A stretch of DNA of 64,000 nucleotides from contig CAZVIA010000002.1 of assembly GCA_964627525.1 (NCBI GenBank), positions 59,262-123,261 on the forward strand. Reading direction: 5' to 3'. The notes under the pieces are model-generated. The model did no database searches. It saw nothing but the letters and a program-made list of their open reading frames with translations, and was not told where the DNA came from. Shown in pieces: positions 45,999 to 56,760 of this stretch. Position numbers and translations under genes: made by a program. Numbering within the stretch: position 1 is the first letter of the stretch; every line of letters starts with the position of its first letter. Origin of the DNA: an uncultured Gammaproteobacteria bacterium. Lineage in GTDB: Bacteria; Patescibacteriota; Patescibacteriia; Magasanikbacterales; JBBTQS01.

Positions 45999-47891
45999 TT
46001 ATCCAAAATATTTTTTATACCAAAGCTGCCAAGTTAATAGTGTATATAATTTACGTCCATTATTTTTTTTATGTTGAAAATTCTGTTCAAGCAACTGCTT
46101 AACATAATCATACTGAAGCAACCCAGCTTTTTTTATTTCTTGTTCAGACAAAACATCTAACAACAAACTTTTCCAATGAGTATTACACCACTTCCCCATT
46201 GGCACTGTAAAACCTTGTTTACCTCTTTTGGTAATTTTTTCTGGTAATTTATTTTTCATTAACTCACGCAATAAAAATTTTGAGGTACGACCTTTTAGTT
46301 TAAATTCTGAAGGTAACTGATTTACATAATTCACCACCTCATGATCTAAAAACGGAGAACGTACTTCTAAAGAATTTTGCATACTAGAACGATCCACCAT
46401 TGCAAGAACTTTTTGTGGCAAATACATTTTTTGATAAAAACCTGCTACCTCGCTTAAATAATCTTTCGCACCTTTTGTTGAAAAATATTTTAAAGGTTCT
46501 TGTGCAATTTCTTGTGCTTGCAAACAAATTAATTTATCCAATTCCTGTAAATGAAAAGCACCCAACCAGCCCTGATGTCTAAATGCTAATTTATCATGAG
46601 CTTGAACAAATTGTTTTACTTTGTAATCAAAACTTAAATAATTAAATGAAGTTGGTAATAATTCAGCAAAAACTTTTCCACTTGTTTTCATCCAACTTGG
46701 TAACTTTTTCCAAATCTGAAAAACTTTTTCTGCAAAAAAAGTTTGGTAGCCCATAAATAATTCATCTCCACCGTCTCCACTTAAAGCAACCGTTACATGC
46801 TTACGTGTTTTTTGAGCTAACATATATTGTGGCAAAACTCCTGCGTCTGCAATTGGCTCATCAAAAATATCTGGCAACTTCTGAATTGTATTTTGAACTT
46901 CTTGAATTGTCATTGGAAGTTCTGTGTGATCTGCACCAACATGATTCGCAACAATGCGAGCATATTCAGATTCATCAAAACTCTTATCTTCAAAAGAAAC
47001 TGAAAAAGTTTTTAATCTTTCTGAAGTTGATTGAGATGCATACCAAGCAACTGCACTTGAATCCAACCCCCCACTTAAAAACAAACCAAGAGGCACATCA
47101 GAAATCATTCTACGCTTAACAGCTGATGAAAATAGACTGTCTAAATTTTTTAAAGCTTGTTCAGCCGAATCATGCATTCCATGCTCTGCACCTTGAACTC
47201 CATAATGTGAATTAAAATTTGAACCAAAATTAACTTCCCAATATTTATGGATCTGAACTTCTCCACCTTGATAAACCAAAACACTTGCTGGTTCTAACTT
47301 TTGCACATCTTGATAAATAGTTTCAGGCGACGGGATATACTCATAAAAAAAATATTTATGAGCTGCATTAACATTTAATTCTTTTTTAAAACTTGGATGC
47401 TCAGCAATTGCTTTTAGTTCAGAAGCAAAAACAAAATCCTTATTCTGCTGTGTCCAATACAATGGTTTTTGCCCCAAACGATCACGTACCAAAATTAATT
47501 TACGTTTATCAAAATCCCACAAAGCAAAAGCAAACATTCCATTTAATTTTTTTACAAAATCAATCCCCCATTCTTTATATGAAATTAAAAGCACTTCAGT
47601 ATCTGAATTTGTATTAAACACATGACCTTTGGCAAGCAACTGTTCTCGCAATTTTTGAAAATTATAAATTTCACCATTAAAACTTACAATACAACTTTGA
47701 TCTGAACTTTTCATTGGTTGCACCCCTCTCTCCAAATCAATAATAGACAAACGACGATGACCTAACCCTAAACCAAATTTTTCATCAACAAAAAAACCAG
47801 ATGCATCTGGCCCACGATAAATTAACGTATTTGTCATACGTCGTAAATCTTGTTCTGTACCAGCACCAACAAACCCAGTTATGCCGCACAT
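45999..47891 (-). CDS. asnB: Asparagine synthase (glutamine-hydrolysing) family amidotransferase
   Basis: MCGITGFVG N-terminal nucleophile and SGGLDSS PP-loop. Confidence 0.8.
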   Translation of the reverse strand: MCGITGFVGAGTEQDLRRMTNTLIYRGPDASGFFVDEKFGLGLGHRRLSIIDLERGVQPMKSSDQSCIVSFNGEIYNFQKLREQLLAKGHVFNTNSDTEVLLISYKEWGIDFVKKLNGMFAFALWDFDKRKLILVRDRLGQKPLYWTQQNKDFVFASELKAIAEHPSFKKELNVNAAHKYFFYEYIPSPETIYQDVQKLEPASVLVYQGGEVQIHKYWEVNFGSNFNSHYGVQGAEHGMHDSAEQALKNLDSLFSSAVKRRMISDVPLGLFLSGGLDSSAVAWYASQSTSERLKTFSVSFEDKSFDESEYARIVANHVGADHTELPMTIQEVQNTIQKLPDIFDEPIADAGVLPQYMLAQKTRKHVTVALSGDGGDELFMGYQTFFAEKVFQIWKKLPSWMKTSGKVFAELLPTSFNYLSFDYKVKQFVQAHDKLAFRHQGWLGAFHLQELDKLICLQAQEIAQEPLKYFSTKGAKDYLSEVAGFYQKMYLPQKVLAMVDRSSMQNSLEVRSPFLDHEVVNYVNQLPSEFKLKGRTSKFLLRELMKNKLPEKITKRGKQGFTVPMGKWCNTHWKSLLLDVLSEQEIKKAGLLQYDYVKQLLEQNFQHKKNNGRKLYTLLTWQLWYKKYFG

Positions 47892-47892
47892 A

Positions 47893-48600
47893 TTATTTAC
47901 TCAATTTTTGTTTCATTAAAAATTCTACTATCCCCCAATCAAAAATATCATCAATATCAAACGAGTCTTCAACTTCCATTATATAAGGAATATGGTTTTC
48001 TCCATACAAAGTTTTTGTTCCTAACAAATGATCACGCTTGCTAATTAACAAAGCTGGACCATTGCGCGCATAAACTTCTGGCTTATCCTGACGACGCAAA
48101 ATTTTGTCACCATGACCTTCCATAAAAGCTTTTAATTTTCCATCCTCAATTTTCATTACTGAAACAGGATTAAAACAATGAGGAACTTTTTGAACACTAA
48201 CCAAAGAATCTGGATTTTCTTTTTCAAACAAATCAATTGCTTCGTCAATTTGTTCAGCTGTTCGTAAAGGAGATGTTGGTTGCAAATAAATTAAAGCATC
48301 TGGCACATAACCTTCATCTGTTTCTAATTTTTCTAAAGCATGAATAATTCCATCAATCGCAGGACTTTTATCTTGTGCATGTTCAGCTAATCGCATAAAA
48401 GGAACTTCAACACCAAAAGACTTAGCTACTTCAGCAATTTCTTCACTATCTGTTGAACAAATCACTCTATCTAATTTTTTACTAGCCAAAGCTGCTTCGC
48501 ATGTATAACCAATCAATGGTTTGCCAGCCAACTCTTTAATATTTTTTCCAGGAATTCCTTTTGACCCACCACGAGCTGGAATCATTGCTAAAATTTTCAT
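47893..48600 (-). CDS. neuA: Nonulosonic acid cytidylyltransferase (CMP-NeuAc/CMP-legionaminic acid synthetase family)
   Basis: MKILAMIPARGGSKGIPGKNIKELAGKPLI is the canonical CMP-NulO synthetase N-terminus. Confidence 0.7.
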   Translation of the reverse strand: MKILAMIPARGGSKGIPGKNIKELAGKPLIGYTCEAALASKKLDRVICSTDSEEIAEVAKSFGVEVPFMRLAEHAQDKSPAIDGIIHALEKLETDEGYVPDALIYLQPTSPLRTAEQIDEAIDLFEKENPDSLVSVQKVPHCFNPVSVMKIEDGKLKAFMEGHGDKILRRQDKPEVYARNGPALLISKRDHLLGTKTLYGENHIPYIMEVEDSFDIDDIFDWGIVEFLMKQKLSK

Positions 48601-48618
48601 AATTTTATTAGACTAAAA

Positions 48619-49779
48619 TTAATATGCTAAAAGTTTTTGAGGATTTGGATTTGATTTTGCCAACACTTGAGCAATTTTTTCTCCAGCAAAACCATCACCA
48701 TATGTTACATCTGCTTCTTGCAGTCCTTTTGCCACCTGACTTCTCACAGCTTCAACAATTTTATTTGTATCATAATCAACTGAAACAACATTAGCTGCTA
48801 ACTGACGTCCAGTTTGACGAGTTCCAATTAAAACTCCAGGTGTTCCAATAAAAGCACCCTCACGCAAAATTGAACTACTATTCCCAAACATACAAGCAGT
48901 TTTTTTCATCAAATGAAAATAAGTATTCATTGGTAGATTTTTGAAAAAATGAATTTCCGGACCTTCATGCTCTTCATGTTCACGATATTTTCTCATACCA
49001 CGCGCAACATCTTCAGAACCTGCATCTGGATTTGGCCACAACATTATTGTTGGCATGTTTAATTTTTTAATTGCATCCATTGTTTTTTTAATTTGCACCT
49101 CACCACTTCCATATTCAGATGTAACAGGATATTGAGACACAAATAAAAACGGCTTAGTAATATCAATTTCTTTACCTACACCCACAAATTTTAATTCCTG
49201 CATCGACTCTTCTTCTAAAATTCTTTTTACCTCATCCATTCTCGGACAACCAACAACATGAACGTCTTCAGGTCTTTCACCCATTTTTATAATTCTCTCA
49301 CCAGCTCTTTCTGAAGCTGGAAAATGTATGTGTGCAAATTTTGTAATTGCATGACGAATACTTTCATCAATATTTCCAGAAACCTCACCACCCATTGAAT
49401 GCGCAACAGGAATATTCATATAAGCTGCAGCAACAGCAGCTGGCAAAACTTCAAAACGATCCCCAATCACAAAAACTATATCTGGTTTTAAACGATTATA
49501 CGCGGTTGCCAACTCACTCATTCCAAGCCCAGAAGATTTTGCCATTGTAATCGGACTAGCACCTTCAATAATCATGTGCACTCTCTCATCAATTTTAAAA
49601 CCATCTTTTTCAATTATTTCAATCACCTCTCCATACTTATCTAACAAAGCAGCAGCTGCAGCAACAACTTGGATATCTAAATCAGGGTGTTTTTGAACAG
49701 CCTTCATCGCTGATTTAGCACTACCATAATTGGCACGTGACCCAATGTAAAAACAAATTTTCTTTTTTACAAACGACAT
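48619..49779 (-). CDS. neuC: UDP-N-acetylglucosamine 2-epimerase (hydrolysing), NeuC-like
   Basis: KKICFYIGSRANYGS...GDRFEVLPAAVAAAYMNIPVAHSMGGEVSG. Confidence 0.7.
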   Translation of the reverse strand: MSFVKKKICFYIGSRANYGSAKSAMKAVQKHPDLDIQVVAAAAALLDKYGEVIEIIEKDGFKIDERVHMIIEGASPITMAKSSGLGMSELATAYNRLKPDIVFVIGDRFEVLPAAVAAAYMNIPVAHSMGGEVSGNIDESIRHAITKFAHIHFPASERAGERIIKMGERPEDVHVVGCPRMDEVKRILEEESMQELKFVGVGKEIDITKPFLFVSQYPVTSEYGSGEVQIKKTMDAIKKLNMPTIMLWPNPDAGSEDVARGMRKYREHEEHEGPEIHFFKNLPMNTYFHLMKKTACMFGNSSSILREGAFIGTPGVLIGTRQTGRQLAANVVSVDYDTNKIVEAVRSQVAKGLQEADVTYGDGFAGEKIAQVLAKSNPNPQKLLAY

Positions 49780-49786
49780 AATTATT

Positions 49787-50815
49787 TTAAGCTAAATCCT
49801 CCCAAGTTAATAAATGATTTTTTGCCAAATTTTTTGAAGCCACACGACCCATGACTCTATTAATATCTTTTGGCTCAATTCCAGTTCCAGGTTTTTTAGT
49901 TGTAAGCATTTCCTTTGAAATCACAGTTCCAGCTAAAATATCTTGCTTAGTCACAAAACTTTTCTGAAAAACCTCTTTCATTACTTTAAACTTTTCAATG
50001 TCATCTTTATCAACTTCAGAAGCTTGAATCGCCTCAATAGTTCTAATTCCTTTTACTAATTCACCAAATTCTTGTGGCAACATTGAATGCTTAGCATCAG
50101 AACCATACAACTTACGACTAATTGTAAAATGTTTTTCAATAATTTTTGCACCTTCAGCAACAGCCAGAAACGCGGCGTAATTATGCAAACTATGATCAGA
50201 CAAACCAACTGTTACACCATAGCGCTGTTTCATTTCATGCATAACATTCATTCCAACATTTTCAGGTATAACTGGATATTCAGTTGTGCATTGAAACAAA
50301 AACAAATCACCGCCATTATCCTTAATAGTTTTCACTGCCAAATCCAACTCCTCCCAATTACTCATTCCAGACGAAAGCAAAATCTGTTTACCAGTTTTTG
50401 CCATGTGCGCAAGATAAGGTAAATTTGTCACCTCACCAGAAGGAACTTTATGCACTTCTACCCCCAACTTCTCCAACAACTCAGTAGCTTCAATTGAAAA
50501 ACTTGATGCAAAAAACACCAACCCCTTAGATTCAGTATATTCTTTTAGTTCTCTCCACTGATCAAAACTAAATCCCGTTCTTATAAAATATTCATAACGC
50601 GGCTCTCCTTTAAAAAACGGAGGCATTGGCGCGTCACGCAAAGTTTCTGCTTCAGAAATATGAATTTGAAATTTAACAGCATCAACACCAGTTTCAGCCA
50701 CAGCGTCAATCATTGTTTTTGCTAAATTAAAATTTCCATCATGTGTTGAACCAATTTCTGCAATAATAAAACACGGCTTATCTGGTCCAATTAATTTTTT
50801 TGTTTGTGTTTGCAT
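49787..50815 (-). CDS. neuB: N-acetylneuraminate (nonulosonate) synthase with SAF domain
   Basis: KPCFIIAEIGSTHDGNFNLAKTMIDAVAETGVDAVKFQ plus a C-terminal SAF domain. Start at MQTQTKK; the track's longer N-terminal extension is unlikely. Confidence 0.75.
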   Translation of the reverse strand: MQTQTKKLIGPDKPCFIIAEIGSTHDGNFNLAKTMIDAVAETGVDAVKFQIHISEAETLRDAPMPPFFKGEPRYEYFIRTGFSFDQWRELKEYTESKGLVFFASSFSIEATELLEKLGVEVHKVPSGEVTNLPYLAHMAKTGKQILLSSGMSNWEELDLAVKTIKDNGGDLFLFQCTTEYPVIPENVGMNVMHEMKQRYGVTVGLSDHSLHNYAAFLAVAEGAKIIEKHFTISRKLYGSDAKHSMLPQEFGELVKGIRTIEAIQASEVDKDDIEKFKVMKEVFQKSFVTKQDILAGTVISKEMLTTKKPGTGIEPKDINRVMGRVASKNLAKNHLLTWEDLA

Positions 50816-50879
50816 ATTTGTTTTTAAATTTTTGTAGTATTTTTTGTTTGATATTTTTTTGTGCGATTTTTGCAATTTT

Positions 50880-52418
50880 TTATAATGCAATTTCCAAAAT
50901 TTTATTTGTAATATTTCCCGGGTCAATGTGCCCTAAGTATTTTTGCTTAAAACTTTCGCATTCAGAATTGTAATCCGTTTTTGTTTTTTCTTCTTGAAAA
51001 ACTTTTTGCAAAACTTCTTTTGATTCAATTACTGGTGCTCCAATTTTTTCCCACTGTTCAATCATTCCTTTGTGCCGTCTTTTGTATAATTTGATCGGCG
51101 TTCCTAACAACAAACTTTCAATAAAAACCGTTGAATTTACAGTAATCATCAGGTCGCTACACAAGATACCATTGTATAGCAAATGATCTGTATCGTCAAG
51201 AATAAACACATTTTCTGGCAAATCACCTAATTGTGCAATTATATCCTCTTTTTTCAAAACCGGATGCACCTTTATTATTAGCGCTGTTTTTGGCGCCAAC
51301 TTCGCAGCTTGCACAAGCTCTGTTCTTATCTCTGGCTGATTACTTGGCTGATCACAAAAAGTAATAATTTTATTGTACTTGTTTTGTATAAACAACTTAC
51401 CAAATTCAACGTTACAGTCAAGTTGTTGAAGTTCTGCCATTTTATCCCACTGTGGATTCCCAATTATTTTTACCGCACTTTGTTGTGCTCCTTTTTTTAA
51501 AACCATTTGCTTTTGATCTTCAGTCCAAACACAAACATTATCTTGCAAATCATAACGACCATCTGTAAAATAATTTGTTAAATTATCTGTTATCAAACCA
51601 TGCAAAACAGTCGTGGTTTTTATATTTGGATTATTTTTTGCTACAGCAAAAAAAGCAATGTCACTTGATTTACGAATTCGCGCTCCAATTAAATATTTAA
51701 TTTGATATTTTTCTAAAATTCGTTCCGCAACTTTTAAATCTAAAATTTGCCTTGGTAAAACTTTTCCAAAATATGTTTTTAAACCCGAAGCAACCAAAGG
51801 CCAATAATTTATTTTCTGAAATTTAAAAATGTTTTTTAGCTGGTGTTTATTTTTTGCATCTTTGTCCGCGTCTTTATAAACGTCTTTATTTTGTAAAAAC
51901 CATTCCAAATAATCCTGCTCATCTTTTTTCATTTCATCAAGATCTTTTTGTAAAACAAAATCTTTAATATAAATTTTTTCAGCATAATCTGGAATCTGAT
52001 TTTTTATACGCCATTTTTTTGATGAATAAGGAAGAATTATTACCACCTCTTTACCTGATTCATGCATTTTTTCAATCAAAGGAATTAGACTTTTATAATG
52101 ACTTTCCATTGTTGCTATAAAAGCCGTGCTAATTTGCTTAGTTTGTTTTTCAAAATCCACACTAGACAGACCAACCTCAAGCGACTTAATTTTATATTGT
52201 TTATTTTTGTGAACCATGATCGGACTACCCAAAAAACACAACTTTGCCAAAAAACTATTTTTCAAAATAAAACTCAAAATATTTTTTAAACGAATCCTCT
52301 GCCCCACCAATTCATTTATGTCTAACAAAAGCAAATCAGCATTTTTGTAAAATGACTTTTCGCCCATTAAACTCCTAAGTTCAGGAATTATTTTATTGTT
52401 AATTTCATTTACAACCAT
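50880..52418 (-). CDS. Hypothetical GT-B-like transferase (TagF/KpsS-like), candidate nonulosonic-acid transferase
   Basis: C-terminal KVHPV...FILDDTDHLLYNGILCSDLMITVNSTVFIESLLLGTPI resembles TagF/capsule transferases, and the HP motif resembles bacterial sialyltransferases. Sits directly upstream of neuBCA. Confidence 0.35.
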   Translation of the reverse strand: MVVNEINNKIIPELRSLMGEKSFYKNADLLLLDINELVGQRIRLKNILSFILKNSFLAKLCFLGSPIMVHKNKQYKIKSLEVGLSSVDFEKQTKQISTAFIATMESHYKSLIPLIEKMHESGKEVVIILPYSSKKWRIKNQIPDYAEKIYIKDFVLQKDLDEMKKDEQDYLEWFLQNKDVYKDADKDAKNKHQLKNIFKFQKINYWPLVASGLKTYFGKVLPRQILDLKVAERILEKYQIKYLIGARIRKSSDIAFFAVAKNNPNIKTTTVLHGLITDNLTNYFTDGRYDLQDNVCVWTEDQKQMVLKKGAQQSAVKIIGNPQWDKMAELQQLDCNVEFGKLFIQNKYNKIITFCDQPSNQPEIRTELVQAAKLAPKTALIIKVHPVLKKEDIIAQLGDLPENVFILDDTDHLLYNGILCSDLMITVNSTVFIESLLLGTPIKLYKRRHKGMIEQWEKIGAPVIESKEVLQKVFQEEKTKTDYNSECESFKQKYLGHIDPGNITNKILEIAL

Positions 52419-53470
52419 TTTAAAATATTTTGAACCATTGATTTAACACTGTGATTTTCTAAAATAATTTTTCTTAACCCTAAACCTAATTGTTTTTTAG
52501 TTTCACCCGACTCCCCCAATAAAACCAAAATTTTTCTTGCCAAGTCTTGTGGGTCTTTTTCTTGAAAAATCATTTTTTCATGCAATTGTTTTGGAAAAAT
52601 TTCATAATAAGATTTATTACTTACCACAACCAAAATCTCACTCGCCATTGCTTCCAATGTTGTTTTATCAAAACTTCCTGTACAAGTTAAGTTCACAAAC
52701 AAATCATGACTATTATAAATTTCTGCAGTTTTATGGTGTGAAACTTTTCCAACAAAATCAACTCCTTTAATTTGTTTGGCAAGTTGTTTAATTTTTTCTT
52801 CATATTCTTCATGACCTTCGGCAGCAACTCCAACAATAGATAATTGCAAATCTTGTTTTGTATTTTGAGCAATTTTAAAAGCATCCAACAAAATTTCAAG
52901 ATCTTTTACAGGAGAAATTCTTCCTAAAAACAAAATCTTATTCCCGGTTTTTTGAACATTAAAATTTTTAAACAAATCAATATCAACACCTTGACCAACA
53001 ACTTGCAATTTTGGAGATTTAATTTTGCATGCAAATTTTGTAGAAGTAACAATTACATCAGACAAAGCTGTGGCTAGTTTAAAAGACCAATTGATCAAAT
53101 AATGCGCATACCACAAAACAACTTTTTTACCCAAAATTTTCCACAACAAACCACCCAACAAAACATATTCTTTATTCATGTGCACCCAAACTGAATCGTA
53201 ATTTTTTCTTTCAGCAAAAATATATTTAAAAAACCTCCAAACATATTTTATTTTTGAACGCCCACCTTCTTTTCCCAAAGACAAAACCTTAACATTTTCT
53301 GGTAAATTATATTCACCTTTTTGCAAACAAATTACAGTAACTTTTTCACAATTTTGTGCAAATTCATTTACCCAACCATGAAAAAAACCTAGCAGATCAT
53401 CGTTGTAATCAACTTTTTGACTTAAGATTAATATTTTTTTTGAATTATTATGGTAAGTGTTTGACCGCAT
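52409..53470 (-). CDS. Glycosyltransferase family 4
   Basis: ExFG-type C-terminal motif region (EAMASEILVV). Confidence 0.65.
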   Translation of the reverse strand: MRSNTYHNNSKKILILSQKVDYNDDLLGFFHGWVNEFAQNCEKVTVICLQKGEYNLPENVKVLSLGKEGGRSKIKYVWRFFKYIFAERKNYDSVWVHMNKEYVLLGGLLWKILGKKVVLWYAHYLINWSFKLATALSDVIVTSTKFACKIKSPKLQVVGQGVDIDLFKNFNVQKTGNKILFLGRISPVKDLEILLDAFKIAQNTKQDLQLSIVGVAAEGHEEYEEKIKQLAKQIKGVDFVGKVSHHKTAEIYNSHDLFVNLTCTGSFDKTTLEAMASEILVVVSNKSYYEIFPKQLHEKMIFQEKDPQDLARKILVLLGESGETKKQLGLGLRKIILENHSVKSMVQNILKWL

Positions 53471-54548
53471 AAAAATTTGCTTTTTCCCAAGACTGTAAAT
53501 ATAACTGCAAAGTTTCTTCCTTAGAAGGTAATTTTTCTAAAGCAAAAACCCCAGCGTCTGAATATCTTTTAGCGTTAGACGGCAACTCAATCATTTCTAA
53601 CATTGCTCGCATCAACTTATCTAAGTCACCTACTTCAACAACTCTCCCAGAAACACCATCTTCAATTAATTCACCTGCACAACCAACATCAGTCATAATA
53701 ACTGGCAACCTATGTTGTGTAGCCTCAACAATTACCAATCCCCAACCTTCACTGTTTGAAGATAACACAAAACAATCTGCGTTTTTATAAATTCTAGATA
53801 ATTGTTCTTGGGTTTTTTTACCAACCAGTTTAATTACTCTTTCCAGATTATTTTCATTAATCATTTGTTGTAAAATATTTTTTTGTGGACCATTACCAAC
53901 AATAACAAGTTGAGCATGCGGATAATATTTATGAACTACTTTCATTGCTTGAATCTGTAATTCAATATTTTTTACAGAAACCAACCTACCAACTGTTAAA
54001 AATTTAAAATCTTCTTTGTGCTGAAACTTTTTAATCTTAGTGATTTTTTCTGGATCACTAAAAATAGGTACAACTACAATTTTATTAGAATCTAATTTAT
54101 ATTTATTTTGTAAAAAAACTTTTGTCCGTTTACTAACTGTTCTAACTACGTCAGCTTTTTTTAAAACAAACTTTGCTAATCTTTTTTTCCAACCTACAAA
54201 CTGAGCAGTGCCATGAACCTGAACTTCACTTGCTTTTGAAAATCTTGCCGCAACAAACACAGCTAATATCCCAAAATAAAAACAATCTTGCGCAGAAATC
54301 ACATCATATTGATCTTGGCGCACAGCTTTACACATTTTTTTATACAATGAAAAAAATTGTGCAAACTTAGATTTTCCAGTAACTGCATATGCTTTACAAT
54401 TACTAGACAACAAAACAGTTTGTTTTTTATCTGAAGGCACAATAACTGTGTATCTTTCAACAACAACAGCATATTCACACGCTCTTTTTGCCAAAGCAGA
54501 TTGTTCATCTAATATTGAATTGTCTGAACCAACAACTAAAATTTTCAT
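53448..54548 (-). CDS. Glycosyltransferase family 4
   Basis: GWGLVIVEATQHRLPVIMTDVGCAGELI. Confidence 0.7.
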   Translation of the reverse strand: MKILVVGSDNSILDEQSALAKRACEYAVVVERYTVIVPSDKKQTVLLSSNCKAYAVTGKSKFAQFFSLYKKMCKAVRQDQYDVISAQDCFYFGILAVFVAARFSKASEVQVHGTAQFVGWKKRLAKFVLKKADVVRTVSKRTKVFLQNKYKLDSNKIVVVPIFSDPEKITKIKKFQHKEDFKFLTVGRLVSVKNIELQIQAMKVVHKYYPHAQLVIVGNGPQKNILQQMINENNLERVIKLVGKKTQEQLSRIYKNADCFVLSSNSEGWGLVIVEATQHRLPVIMTDVGCAGELIEDGVSGRVVEVGDLDKLMRAMLEMIELPSNAKRYSDAGVFALEKLPSKEETLQLYLQSWEKANFYAVKHLP

Positions 54549-55612
54549 ACTAATTCTTTAAACACTTTTTCATGCTCATCCACAAGAATATTCCAATTAT
54601 GCGAAATGTTTATATTTAAATTATTATTTGGATTTTTCAAAGCTGCAGCCAAAGCATTTTTATCGAACGAATCCACAAACCTTACATTATTTTTTAATTT
54701 CTCAAAATAACCGCAAGACTTTGTTGCAACAACTGGTATTCCCAAAGAAATACTTTCATAAATTATTTGTGGACTTACATCTGAAACCGAAGGCACAACA
54801 ACTACTCGTGCACTTGAAATTGTTTTTTGCAAATCATTATGATCCTTTGCATCTGAAAACCTAACTTGACCAGTAACGCCTAACTCCTTAACAAGCCCAA
54901 CCAAATTATTTTTCTCAGGACCTTTACCAATAATATGCAAACCTAACTCTGAATCTAATTTAATTGCCTCTAACAAAGTCTTAAGATTTTTTAAACGAAC
55001 TAAACGACCTGCGTATAAAATCTCATTATTTTTTTCTGCTTTTATGTGATTTTTTAAAACAGTATTTTTTGTAAAAGCATTTTCAATTACAACAGACTTA
55101 TCTTTAATATTAAAAACTTCACACAAAATATTTTTCTGCCAATCAGTAGAAAAAATTATTTTCGCACTTTTTTTCAAAACATATTTATAAATGTACAAAA
55201 ATATTTTTTCCTTAAAATTCTTAGACTCTGAATAATATTTTTCTAAACCAACACTAGTCCAACCATTATTAAAAGCTTTTTCCCACAAAAAATCTCCACC
55301 CAATCTCACAACTACCGGCTTATTTGCAGCATAAACAGTTGGAAAACCTGCGCTTACCAAATCATGAGTATAAATTATATCAGCCCATTGACTATGCTTT
55401 CTAACCAAACGCACAAATCCAAAATATCGTTTTAATAAAGATTGTTTTCTTAAAACTGAAAAAACATTTTGTTCATCTACAACTTCATCAGAATATGTAA
55501 CAACTTTTACTTCATGACCACGCTCAACTAACAACTTAGAAATTTCTTTCACATAAGTTGCAGGACCACCAAGACTTGGCGGATAAATTCCAGTTGTAAT
55601 TAAAATTCGCAT
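54545..55612 (-). CDS. Glycosyltransferase family 4
   Basis: GT4 C-terminal region YESISLGIPVVATKSCG. Confidence 0.65.
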   Translation of the reverse strand: MRILITTGIYPPSLGGPATYVKEISKLLVERGHEVKVVTYSDEVVDEQNVFSVLRKQSLLKRYFGFVRLVRKHSQWADIIYTHDLVSAGFPTVYAANKPVVVRLGGDFLWEKAFNNGWTSVGLEKYYSESKNFKEKIFLYIYKYVLKKSAKIIFSTDWQKNILCEVFNIKDKSVVIENAFTKNTVLKNHIKAEKNNEILYAGRLVRLKNLKTLLEAIKLDSELGLHIIGKGPEKNNLVGLVKELGVTGQVRFSDAKDHNDLQKTISSARVVVVPSVSDVSPQIIYESISLGIPVVATKSCGYFEKLKNNVRFVDSFDKNALAAALKNPNNNLNINISHNWNILVDEHEKVFKELV

Positions 55613-56760
55613 AATGTATTAAAAACTTTTTTCATTTCAATAACAATTTTTTTCCAATGAAAACTTTTCTTAACCAACTCTTGTGCATTTTGTATAACAC
55701 TAGATTTTTTTTCATTTGAAAGTCCAATAACTTTTTCTATAACATGCACAATTGAATCTGGATTATTTGGCTCACAATAAAAACCCGTCATATCATCACT
55801 CAAAAATTCTGGTATACCACCAACCTTAGTTCCAACAATTAGTAAACCTGCAGCCATTGCTTCTAAAAATGAATTTCCCAATCCTTCAGTTAAAGACGGT
55901 CTGATAAACAAATCACTTGCTTGCAAAAATCTTGGCAAATCATTATAAGGTACCTCACCTTTAAAACTTACCCTATGTGACACCCCTAACTCATCGGCCA
56001 TTCTTTCTAACTCATGAAGTAAAATTCCACCACCAACAACAACAAAACAAACATGCTCTTGAAGTTTTGGTAAAGCGCGAATCACATCTTTAATTCCATT
56101 TTTTTCAACCAAACGCGAAGTTGTAATTAAAACAAAACTCTCTTTAGGAAAACCAAAACACTCACGAGTTTGTTCAACCTCATCTGCGTTAATTTTCTCA
56201 AAAAATTTTTCAAACTCAACACCATTTGGAATTACTTTTGCCACACTACCCTTAAACCCCATTTTCTTTCCCCAGCTCAATAAATAACTACTAATGGCTT
56301 GCAACCCATCTGCTAAAACAAAAATCTTTTTAAACCAACCAAAAGTCAAACGACCCTTAGATTCAGGTCTAGAAAATTTGTCCCCTTCTTGAAGTGTTAA
56401 TAAATAAGGCAATCCAGATTTTTTCTTAAAACGTGCCCCAGCTAAACCACCATAACTAGCCATAATAGACCACAACATTTTGAAATCATATTTTTTGTGT
56501 AACTCCAAAGCTTTTTTATGACCAAAAAATCCAAGAATTATTTTGTCTAAAAAACCAATTCCAAAACCAACTCTATGTACATGCACATTTCCAATTTTTT
56601 CTTGTTTAGCAAGTTTACGATCTAAACGCGCTGTAATTAAATGAAAATCAAAATCTTCAATTCGATCAGTGATTTCCTTAACCGCAACTTCTGCTCCACC
56701 AACAAAAGGAAAATATGCTGTTGAAAAAATTACAATTGATTTATTATCAGCTAACTTCAT
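55600..56760 (-). CDS. Glycosyltransferase family 4
   Basis: [24 protein letters not shown]. Confidence 0.7.
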   Translation of the reverse strand: MKLADNKSIVIFSTAYFPFVGGAEVAVKEITDRIEDFDFHLITARLDRKLAKQEKIGNVHVHRVGFGIGFLDKIILGFFGHKKALELHKKYDFKMLWSIMASYGGLAGARFKKKSGLPYLLTLQEGDKFSRPESKGRLTFGWFKKIFVLADGLQAISSYLLSWGKKMGFKGSVAKVIPNGVEFEKFFEKINADEVEQTRECFGFPKESFVLITTSRLVEKNGIKDVIRALPKLQEHVCFVVVGGGILLHELERMADELGVSHRVSFKGEVPYNDLPRFLQASDLFIRPSLTEGLGNSFLEAMAAGLLIVGTKVGGIPEFLSDDMTGFYCEPNNPDSIVHVIEKVIGLSNEKKSSVIQNAQELVKKSFHWKKIVIEMKKVFNTLCEF

